NCBI GenBank assembly: GCA_040357565.1
Contig: JBDODJ010000103.1
Strand: one strand, 5' to 3'
DNA: 40,325 bases
DNA from: Cercozoa sp. M6MM
Taxonomy: Eukaryota; Protista; Endomyxa: Ascetosporea
Shown: one piece after another, positions 13,465-23,853 of the stretch
Position numbering within the stretch: the first letter of the stretch is position 1
Layout: each line of letters starts with the position of its first letter
Notes under the pieces: model-generated
Seen by the model: the letters and a program-made list of their open reading frames with translations, nothing else
Database searches by the model: none
Told to the model about the DNA's origin: nothing
Translations under genes and position numbers: made by a program

Positions 13465-15954
13465 TCACCACACCTCGGCACTCGCAAAGTCGCTCGGGTC
13501 GAACAGCGGTGCCTCTGCTCAAGCGTCACATCCATATGAACTTACCTCCCTTACCCCATTACCCCCCTCCCCCAGAACAAAGTTGATACCCCCAAAGTAC
13601 GACGGGTTCGGGAAGTCGTTCTCGTCGAGACTGCACACGGGAGGGGGGAGGGGTAAAGGGGCATGAGAAAGGTAAGAAACAGTACGATGGGAAGGGCGAC
13701 GACGGCGACGGCGACGCCAACAACAACGACGACGACAGCGTCGAGCTGTCCTCCGTGTTTACTGCGGGAGGGGAGGGATAGAAAGGGTGGGGGAGGGGGG
13801 TAAAGGGGTACGCATGGTGACAGCACTCATGGCGCGTCGACGCGCACTGCTCGTTCGCTGCAGCGGCAACTGCGGCTCCTCGTTCCTGCAAGGGGAGGGG
13901 GAGGGGGGTAAAGGGGTGGGGTGGGGGCAAAAAGTGTACCCCTCTTCCTCCGGCGGGAACATGGTTTTCTTGCGCTTGCGTCGCTTCAGCGCCGCCTCGA
14001 CTACCTCATCCTACACCAGGGGGGGGGATAAAGGGGTAGCGGGGGTGAGGGGGTAAAACCTTGATATGCTGCGACAGCGAGTTGTGCAAACCGTCGTTTG
14101 AAGCTGTTCGTACTAGCACCGGCTGCACCCGGGGTATAGAGGGGGTAGAGAGAGCGAGGTATAGAGGGGTAGAGAGAGAGAGAGAGAGCGGGGTATAGAG
14201 GGGGGGGGGTAAAACTGTAGTACAGGCGCCGGCATGGCGCGCAGCGGTGGAACAGCGAACGACGAAAAACTTTGAGAACGACCACGTCGGTGCAGACTCT
14301 GGGGGGGGGGGGGGGGGAAGGGGGTAAGGGGGGGGGGGGGGGGGGGGTAAAACTACAGCATCTTCCTCAGCCGGTGGCACCACGCGACCGTCCAAATTGG
14401 CCTGTTGCACAGGGGGTAAAGGAAGGCAGAGGGTGGGGGTATGATACCGCCGCCAGTTTCGGCGTCAGGCCGGTCGACAAGTCGCCGACGCCCGTGTTCG
14501 TCGGCAGCGCCAAGGGCGGCGGCAAGTCCTGCTTCATCGCCTGGGGGGTATAGGGGGGTAAGGGGTATAGGGGGTAAGAGGGAGGGGTAAAGTCATACCG
14601 GTCGTCGCACAGGCGGCGGAAACTGCATCACCGGCGGCGGTTGGATGCCGCTCTTTGGTCTCTACCGGGGGGTGTAAGGGGTAAGGGGAGGTAAGGGGTA
14701 AGGGGTAAGGGGTAAGGGGTAAGGGGTAAGGGGTAAGGTAGGCAAAGGCTAAGGTAGGTAGGGGTAACGGGGGGGGGGGGTAAAACCGAACGAGGCGTCG
14801 TAGAGCCGCTCTGCGAACTCGGCGGCGTCAGCGCGCGCCGCTTCGGCGCCGGCAGCGTCGTTTCGCCGCTGTCGCACTCCTGTGTAGCCAGTACGTGTGT
14901 GTGTGGTCCATCTGGACAATCTCTGGTCCATTCTGTACGTAGGTCCATCTGTACCGTGCCGACTGGTCGGTAACGCGGCGTGATCGGTTCGCGCGGTTTC
15001 GTCGCTTGACGCAGCAGCTGCTGCCGCGCACTCTCTGCACACCGGGGGAGGGTAAAGAAGGGAGGGAGGGAGGGGGGTAAAACTACCGACTTCTTCCCGC
15101 GTCGGCGCCGTCCAGCGCGACTGCTGCGACGCGCGGTGCACGTAGTACGTGCCATCCGTGCCCTCCATAAGCTACACATGGGAGGGGGGGGGGGGNNNNN
15201 NNNNNNNNNNNNNNNNNNNNNNNNNNNNNNNNNNNNNNNNNNNNNNNNNNNNNNNNNNNNNNNNNNNNNNNNNNNNNNNNNNNNNNNNNNNNNNNAAAGG
15301 AGGCAAGGAGGGGTACAAGGGGTACCGCATGCTGTTTGGGCGCCTCATGCGGCGGCGGCGCGGCCGGGTGCATGCCACCTACCTCCGACAGACGTGCCTG
15401 TGGGAGGGAGTAAAGGGGAGTAAGGGGGTAAAGGGGGTGGACCTGCTGCATCTTCAACTGCGCGCGCAGCGATTCGATCTCATGCCGCATGTCGCACACC
15501 TGTAGCACGGGGGGGGGCAAAGAGAGGGAGGGGTAAAGAGAGGGTAAAGAGAGAGAGGGTAAAGAGGGGGCAAAGAGAGGGAGGGGTAAAGAGAGAGGGT
15601 AAAGAGAGAGAGGGTAGAGGGGGGGTAAAGAGGGGGGTAAAACAAGGCACCACTTGCCGCGCCGTGCGCAGAATGACGACCTGCTGCGCGCGTTTCTCCT
15701 GCACGTCCAGCACGGCGGCCAGGTCGTTGAACGCGTTGTTGATCGTCGAGCGGCGGTACTTTTCGCGCTGCGACTTCTGCAGTCGCTTGGCGCGTGCACG
15801 TGTGCTACTCCAAAGGGGGTGTCAAAGGGGGCAAGGGTGCGAGGTAAAAGCTACCCAGCAGGAGGATTGCCGCTATTGTTGTCGCTATTGTTGTTGTTGT
15901 TACTGTGGTTGTTGCTTTCTGTAGCTGCTGCTGTCGGTGCTGGCACGTTTGACT

Positions 15955-16005
<51 letters not shown>

Positions 16006-16015
16006 NNNNNNNNNN

Positions 16016-16064
<49 letters not shown>

Positions 16065-16559
16065 GTTATATTCTCATGCCCCCTGTAGCACCGGTCGTGA
16101 GCACCTTGGGAGGGTGCTGGAAAGCACCGGCGACCGACGCGTCTTCGTTGCCGTTAATGTACGTCGAACTGATCCAAGAGGATAGGGTACAGAAAGCAAG
16201 CGTAAGGGATAGGGGGTAAAGCTACGCCAGAGGAGGCAGCGCAGTGAAGGGCGGCGACATCACCGGCGCCTGCGGTGCCTGCTGGACCGTACATATTTTA
16301 TACATCCATCTGTATATATATATCTATATCAGTACAACAGTACTTGCGATGTCGAAGGCGGTGCAGGAGGCTGCGCACTCGGCGGAGGCTGTGCCGGCAT
16401 CGTCATTCCTGCGGGACACATCCGTATTCCAACCCCCCCTCCCCAAACAGAGACACACCAGCTCGTGTCGGTGCAGGCCGTGATGAGGCATGACCCGCGA
16501 ACTGAAACATCTTCAATACACACACACCCAACACACACACGCATTACAGGAAGTACCAT
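13465..16559 (-). CDS. bHLH-zipper transcription factor with WW domain
   Basis: About 21-22 introns. bHLH KRLQKSQREKYRRSTINNAFNDLAAVLDVQEKRAQQVVILRTARQVVCDMRHEIESLRAQL. WW half GTDGTYYVHRASQQSRWTAP (first Trp presumably in gap 15196-15295). NLS KRRKRKK. Acidic tail LDENDFPNPSYFGEAPLFDPSDFASAEVW*. Confidence 0.8.
14667..14783. repeat. (GGGGTAA)n tandem heptamer array inside an intron; G-quadruplex-capable
   Basis: GGGGTAAGGGGTAAGGGGTAAGGGG run; degenerate copies in most introns of 13550-16220. Confidence 0.85.
15959..16062. repeat. (CA)n microsatellite with gap, intronic
   Basis: Perfect dinucleotide run. Confidence 0.95.
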
Positions 16560-17466
16560 CGGGGGATTCGGCGGCTGCTAAACATACATACAGACATGAG
16601 AACAGACGTCTCCCGAGAACTGAGAAACGCTACCTGAAAAAACGGCGGGTAAAAGCCATTCTGCGGCTGCGGGGCGAACGGCATCGCCGGAGGACTGCTG
16701 TGCACGCATAGATCAGTAAACAAGCACGAATACAGCTCATTAAACGCTCAGGGTCCATAGGTCAGTTCACACAACAAACAAGCTGGTTCAAAAATACAAA
16801 AAGGTCCGAAAACACGGAACTGCACAGCACACAAATTGGTCTCTGCATCTCTGCACGTGTGTGCTTAAACTATGTTTGCGTAACTGTGCGTGCGTACACG
16901 TTGTGCAGTGCTTATCCGCTTTATCGTGACCGAAAGCTCTTGGAAACACCGAGCAGGGGCACGCCATAGGCACGTCACTTAGAAGCTCAAACCAAAGCTT
17001 TCGTGTCTGCCTTCGTTCTCACCTTCAAAGGGATGCGCAAAAGCAACAAGGAGAACGGAGCATCCGCACAAAAGAAACAGTTCCACACAACGCGGCCCAC
17101 CCACACAAAACCCCGAGACGGCGCTCAGGTCATTTTTGGATCCGCCAGCAGACAAGTCACGCACCTGGTCATCACGCCGGCACACGAGCACGATGCACGC
17201 TCGCTCCTGGAAGTCTCCCCAGGTGATGGGTGAGCAGTGATTTCTCAGATTTACAACCGGTCAACAGACACCAAGGAATCTGCACAGCCAGCCAGCTCCT
17301 GGCAGCGAGCACCCTAGATACACGTACTACACAGAAACGAGTGCTCCGCACCGCGCTAGGAGATCCTTTGCTCTTTCGGGATGATCGCGGGCTCTTTTCA
17401 AACGCTCCTTTTTCTGGGTCACTCGCCGATCAATCTGCTGTGTGACATGCTGCACAATGGGCTTGA

Positions 17467-20084
17467 TTAAACCTTCTTACAACGTGTCGCTGTTGCCTTC
17501 CGATCGATCAGAATTCCAGTTCTGAGTTTTTTTGGCTGTCGGCCGGGTTTCCGGTTTGTTTTGGAGTTTTTGGAGTTGGAATTGAAGATGCGCAGCGTTT
17601 CGCCGAGTTTCGCGCGCGTTTCCCATGCTAGTGTAACTCTGGCACACATCGTACTTGTCCATTTGTTCAACTGCGACTCAGCAGCAGTACAGTAGAAGCA
17701 GTTCGTCCGCGAGTCAGTTTTCGTAGTCTCAGTACGTCTCGACACCCCGCCCGTTTACCTCTTATGCAGAACACCCAGTTCCCAATCGAACAACCTCCTC
17801 GCTCGGTACGAGCTTGCGTGAAACCCTCGAACATGGGACCCCCAGTTCGCTTTGAAAATACTCTCGCTGTAGAGCGCGCACGCATCGGTGCCGAAAAGTG
17901 CCGCAAGTGCTAAACTGGCGCCTGTTGGAGGTCACGCCCGCATGCCGCGCCGTCACTCGCACCGTCAGATTCTCCAGTCGGAGCCACGTGCCAGTAGCGA
18001 GCTGCACACCTCCTACTTGCGCCGACGCTCTACACTCGTACACTACTGCCTTCGCATACTATCACGACCCGTAGACAAAGTCATGTGATCGATATGGATA
18101 GAGTGGCAAGATGCCCAGCAGCACTGCATCCAGCGTCGCGAGCGCAGAGGTATTTTTGTCGCACTCTATCAGTTCCTGTCACGTTTACTCGGGGTAGAGC
18201 ACCATGCCTCTCGTGGGCAAAGTTGCATTCGGCGGCGACAAGAGTGTACGTGTATTTAACTGCTTCTACGCTTGTAATGGGAATGTCGATGAAGTCAACA
18301 TACACTCGGACAGGATTTGCTGCGTTGGCGTCGTCACACTGTGCTCGGTGGCACGTCAAACAAGAAGTGCGATCACTACATTATCTGATGACTTTGTGAC
18401 TCTGTTCTATTCTTGTGCAGAGAGACCGAGCAGAAGGACACTACTGTCGACGAAGCGGCATCGATCGCCACTTCCGTTGCCAGCTGTACCCTGCAGAACC
18501 AACAAGTAACTTATGGCCCCCGTACATAATGAATGCCGTGATACTGTATCCTTATGTTGATTCACTGTAGCGCACAAGTGCTGCGGATACTCCGCCTCAC
18601 CATCGCCTGGGCATGACACAACTCTGCGTCTTTTTCGGAAACCTGCCGCCTCGAACGTCGTCGCTCGCACTGGGAAAGGCGCTCGAAGCTGCCCTTGTGA
18701 CTATATTTATAAACTGGACTTGGGCTGTCATGGCAACTAACGAACTTGTATGGTACGTGCAGGAAGCGGAGCCTTTGGACGTCTGGTGTAGTCGAGAACG
18801 CACGGCGTAATCTATTTTCTTGTTGACGGGCGAAAAGGAGGTGAATAATAGGAGTATGTATTCACGGTACAGTAATGGTGTCGAGACCTTTGGATTCGCG
18901 ACCTTTGCCGCACAAGCTGTGGCGGCGACGGCCAAGCAGCTTCCCATCCCTGTCGGAAACAGTACAATCTTGTTCTACCGTTCAAAAGGAGGGAATGTGT
19001 GCATATTTATGATAACACTCTTGGGACAGCCCACGTGTGGGGAGAAGAAGTCACGCTGTCGTCGCATGCGAGCAAAATGCCCAAGTTCTTGCTGCCGTTG
19101 GTATCGGCACCCAGGAATTGTACGAAGTGGTTGTTGTTGATTGCGTGCGTGTCTCTGTCAAAGGTGTGCGCCGCTCCATTGGAAGGAAGACAGTTGCACG
19201 TGTCGCAGGTCCCTCGTGACACCAACACCAATGCAGTGTACTGATGATTTGCCCGAGAGGAACCAACTTACTTGTTTTCATCTTACTGGCACTGGCACTT
19301 GGATGCAGACACGCTGTTTTTGCGCAATTCGGTGACGTTGTGATGGCCTCGGTTCTTCGCGGCCGCGGAAAGTACTGCTGCTTTGCTGTGTTTAGTTTGT
19401 TCAGTTCACTGTGCCTGATCATGGTGAGATTACTCTGGGAAACACAGTGGCGGCTGGATGCAGCGCCGCCGCTCGACGTCGCAAAGCTCGTCGCACCAGA
19501 CTGGCAAGCAATCGCTCACATATGCTTATGTCACTTTCGCCACTCGGTACCTGCATAAAAATAAAATCCATATGCATATAAATTGGATAAATATAATTTT
19601 AAAACTATTTTTGACTGCAGCGCGGGTGCCGATCGAGCTCTCCAACACGCACGTCGAAGTTCTATCGTGATCACTGGGTCTACTCTGCGTCTGGCTCGCG
19701 CCCACCGTCAGAATGTAGCTTCAATTGAAGTATAATGTGCTTGCATGCAGTACGTGTGACTTACTGGGCAGGTCTGGATGGCCAAGAAGTCCTGCGGACA
19801 GCGCCGCAGCTCGCTCTCGGTACACCTTATGACACTATCGCACACGTCGACTAATGCTCCCTGTCTGCAGACCCGGCGTCGTAGCAGCGTCAAGGAGGAG
19901 TAACCGTTGGTCAAACCGAGCTCCAGTTGACACTCTGACACATCGAAAACGATGTCGATCCTTGAACAGAACTAGCCCCTCACTTAGTTTCGATGCGAGC
20001 CGGACAATCCAAATGTCCGCCAGAATTGATTATACTACTGTCGAGTTTGTTGGGTGACCACTGGTCGATTTGGACGGTCCACAT
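17467..20084 (-). CDS. Hypothetical multi-exon protein (model not resolved)
   Basis: Minus-strand donor/acceptor sites (e.g. GTAAGT donor near 19765) separate coding-like segments such as NPVRVYVDFIDIPITSVEA and GTWLRLENLTVRV. No family recognised. Confidence 0.35.
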
Positions 20085-20247
20085 CAGACCGCAACACCCG
20101 TCAGCCGGCTGCTCGATGTTATCAACACTCGTTTCTTCGCCATTTTACTTAGAGGCCTGGTCGCTGCTTGTGAATAACCTGGTGGGAGTGCATCCAAGTG
20201 TATTATTGACAGATCGCAGTGACGCGGGGGTTGTTAAAAACCACAAA

Positions 20248-20388
20248 ATGCGTTTGCTGCTTGGCGCTCTTGTTGCACTTGTCACGTGCGCACACGCCTG
20301 GTCGGTCGCCGAGTACGCCAAAAAGGACGACGGTGCGTTCGAGTGGCGCGACACCTTCCAAAATGTACGTTGCGACAGTCTGATAGAC

Positions 20389-20446
<58 letters not shown>

Positions 20447-21627
20447 CGCGCCTTACCCTCTGTATTTGATGCAGGCTGTGGGCGATTGTCCACGCAAGCC
20501 AGGCGTCCAGTGGCGCGCCTCTGTGCTGCATGTCACGTCGCAGCGATGGCTCGACGAAACCTATGTCAACAAGGGTATCCTTAAGCACACTGACTGTATA
20601 TATTTAATATCTGTATTTTTTATGAATAATTGTATATTGTGCAGTGATCTGGCAGCACCAGCTCGCTGTGGTGGAGCCCGTGCAAGAGGATGAGCCTGTG
20701 TCATCGCGTACCTGGCTCATGTGGGCCACCGGCGGTGTACCTTGTGTCTCTACGTATCAGTCTGACTAAAAACTGAAGAATGATGCTGCTGCAGAAACAC
20801 CCGGCTCTGGACAAGGACTTTGACTTTGATGACTTTGAATTCAAGCGTCTCATCGACATTGCCTGCGCTTCGTGTACCTGTTTTTTCCTTCCCTTGTGTC
20901 TATCCTTGTCTGCAACATGGTACCTTGCTTTTCTTGGGCAGTGACACCGGTGGCGGGTGTGTACCAAGTGCCATACCAGCCGCTGCAGTGGAAGGGCGAG
21001 GATCGCAATCGCGGAGAGGTACTACTTCTAGCTCGAATGTGACATGGTCGAAACAGACATGACTTACTTCGTTTAGGACAACCTGATTGCTGCAACTTGG
21101 CGCTCCTTCATCGTACTTTGTTTGATTAATATGGTCAGTCAGTTCTTAGTATGGCTTGCCCCCCCCCCCCTCCTCCCACAGGAAGCCAGTCCGACGGAGA
21201 GGCGTGAGATGCCGCACCAGCTACTGCAATTCCCGATGGCCAAGACGGTTATTCGCGCCATGGACGCTGTGCAGCAGTGGGCACGTCGGTGTGTCCTATT
21301 TGTCAATCTGTTAATATATATATATATATATATATAAATATACATTGTATTAACGGTGAATAGAATGGACATGGTGCCGCCCGAAGACTTTATTCTCAGT
21401 GGTGCTTCCAAGCGTGGCTGGACCACTTGGTATGTTTGTACTCCACGTTGTGTACTCTAGGTTGTGTACTTTGTGTCTGTTGTGTACTATGTGTATGGAT
21501 GGTTGGCTGAGCAGGTTGGCAGCAGCCGTGGAAGGCAGCGTTGCACACGGCGGTCGCGTGCGTGCGCACCTGCCGGTGGTGCTGGACCTGCTGGACGTGG
21601 ATGCGCAGCTGCAGCGACACTTCCAGT

Positions 21628-21684
<57 letters not shown>

Positions 21685-23048
21685 CTCTCTCGTATCAGCA
21701 CATGCATGTGAGTCTGTTAACCTTTGTGTGTATGCGGGTAGGTCCTACAATGGCTGGTCCTTCGTGCTGAAGCCGTACAAGGAAGAGGCTATCACGGGCT
21801 ATCTCGGCACCCCTGAGGCCACCGAAATGCTCTCACATATTGGTACTCTGTTTTGACTGTGCGTGTGTGCAGCTACCGTCTAGTTTGCTTTGTGTGTCAG
21901 ACCCGGTGCATCGTCTGCGTGCCACCCATGGCAATGTACATTGCCTATGTTTGTGTGTCTTGAGCATGTGTACTGATGTGTGCACACTCATAGGGCGACG
22001 GAAACAACTACGACGACATGACGACGCTGATAATCTCGTCCACTGCCGATGAGTGTACTCTATACTTATATATATATAGATATATATATATATATATGTA
22101 TGTCTATATGTATGTATGTACATCTGTAGTATATGTGTATGCCTAGTCCTGCTTCCTGACGATGTGTCGCACTTCTGGCCGATGCGTCCGCGTGCACTCA
22201 ACCAGCTCGTACCCGTGTTGTCTCCTTGTTGCCATTCCAAATTATTTGTTTCCCTTCAGTCCAAGTCGTCGCCTTTCTTTGGCGTGTCCATGCAGCCCAA
22301 CTGGTATGCACTCTGGGCAAGCGAGATACTGTCCCTGTTTGTGTGAGTATGTCTGGTGCTGCAGCAACCACGCGGCCATCCCGTGCATGCCGGACCTACT
22401 CAAGCAGCTGACGCAGGTGACTCGCATGATCACGCGCGGTCAGGCACTGCCCAAGATCGAGTGGGTACTTGTCTCTACCCCACTACCCTCCCCCATGCCT
22501 TACCCTTAACTACCCCTAGAGTGTGAGCGAGCAAGGCGAGATCAAAGCCACTGTGGCCGAGTCGACTGCGCTGCCGACAAAGGTGTTGCTGTGGTCAGCG
22601 AGGTAAACCTTCCTCTGGCTTGCCTTTTGTCCCCGGATACAACACACACAGTACCATCCCCGGTGCCAAGCGTCGTGACTTCCGTATCGCTACGGGCACG
22701 CCTCCTTACGCCAATCCCATGTACACACATACGCGCACATGCATACATTTCCTTAGAGTAGACATGTGCTATCAATATTATAAGCAGTGTCTGGTCGTCG
22801 ACTTCGATTGAGCCAGTGCCGGGCACGCAGGGCCGCGTCTACCACGCGCTGCGCAAGGCGCCGGTTCGTGCCTGGCGCGCCTTCTTCCTTCAGTTCCGTT
22901 TCGGTGCCTTGCCCCTTTTCCCCTCTGGCACACTGTTCCATCTACTCTGAGTGCATTGGGTTTGCTGTTGATCGAGCAGACACGGGCGTGGAGGACGAGC
23001 CCGACTTCAAGGTCTCCACCGGCGTCAGCATTGTGGTATCGATATGTA

Positions 23049-23087
<39 letters not shown>

Positions 23088-23192
23088 ATGTGTTGCACGT
23101 ACTTCAAAACTGACCCGCCTGTCATGTAGCCTCTTGGACTGCCGTACGAAATGTGCGAGGGCGAGGAGTGCAACAACGCACCTTACGTCTAA
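20248..23192 (+). CDS. Secreted PqaA/AprA-family (PhoPQ-activated pathogenicity-related) alpha/beta hydrolase
   Basis: Signal peptide MRLLLGALVALVTCAHA; VTSQRWLD, WQHQL, EDNLIAATW, FPMAKTVIRAMDAVQ, hallmark SGASKRGWTTW, ADEFLLPDD, PNCNH, RDFR. TAA 23190-23192. Confidence 0.9.
20392..20442. repeat. (GA)n microsatellite in first intron of the PqaA-like gene
   Basis: Perfect run. Confidence 0.95.
21629..21690. repeat. (CT)n microsatellite, intronic
   Basis: Near-perfect run. Confidence 0.95.
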
Positions 23193-23444
23193 CTAAAGTG
23201 TTCATGCCCACGCGTTCGAGTTCCTCGTGATCGGTTTCGTTCGGTTTCCTCCCTCGTCGTTTGCGCAAACAAAAGGCAAACTAGGAACAATTGCGACAGC
23301 ATAAAGCCTAGCGTAGATCTTCATAGTACACCGCCCCGTATTCCGTTCGTCTCGTCTGCCGGTCAGCGCCGTCCACGCTATAAGGCCTTGGTAAATTGAG
23401 GTAAGGTACTTTGAAAAAAACTAAGAAACGTAAGAAAGTCTGTA

Positions 23445-23710
23445 CTTGGAGGGAGAGCGGCCAAGTGTCAGTTAGAAAGACACCCGCCAGATGTTTTTAT
23501 TGAGTAGGGCCTATGGAAAGGCGGAGACAACTGGTCCTAGAGAGATCAGATTACCTGGTCGAGAGAGAGAGAGAGCCCTTCTTTGAGTTTAGCTGCAAAA
23601 AGCCTGCTCAAGGCTTCCCTACTCAAACACAGGTGTTCCACGGTCTGGACAGTGGGTCAGGTACCAGCGAACACACATCTAAAACTTCCGCACCTCTCTT
23701 GAGGTTTTTT
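23445..23710 (+). ncRNA. Candidate structured non-coding RNA, family unassigned
   Basis: Nested long-range complementarities (TTGAGTAGGG 23500-09 / CCCTACTCAA 23617-26; AGATGT/ACATCT; GCGG..AAGT/ACTTCCGC), several local hairpins, terminal T6. Lies between two convergent genes. Confidence 0.4.
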
Positions 23711-23853
23711 GTAAGTAAGATCATGCTGTAACATAACCAAAAGCAACACAAGCTAGCGCCGCTACACTTTCGTCGAGATTGTCGGCGCATGCTCGTCTGT
23801 ATACACTGGCACGCCGCAGGGAGGGGTAGTTTTAGACACTCGTTTCCGCAGCT

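Noticed and set aside
14667-14760. Interstitial telomere or CRISPR-like array
   Set aside because: The unit GGGGTAA differs from TTAGGG/TTTAGGG, has no spacers and lies inside introns; treated as an intronic repeat.
16855-16860. CACGTG G-boxes upstream of several genes as bHLH targets
   Set aside because: About as many occurrences in the window as expected by chance for a hexamer.
23545-23562. U1 snRNA (TTACCTGG)
   Set aside because: Not the full ATACTTACCTG 5' end, and no downstream U1A loop (ATTGCAC) or Sm site.
23513-23731. 72-aa intronless ORF
   Set aside because: No recognisable motif, intronless in an intron-dense genome, and overlaps the structured element.
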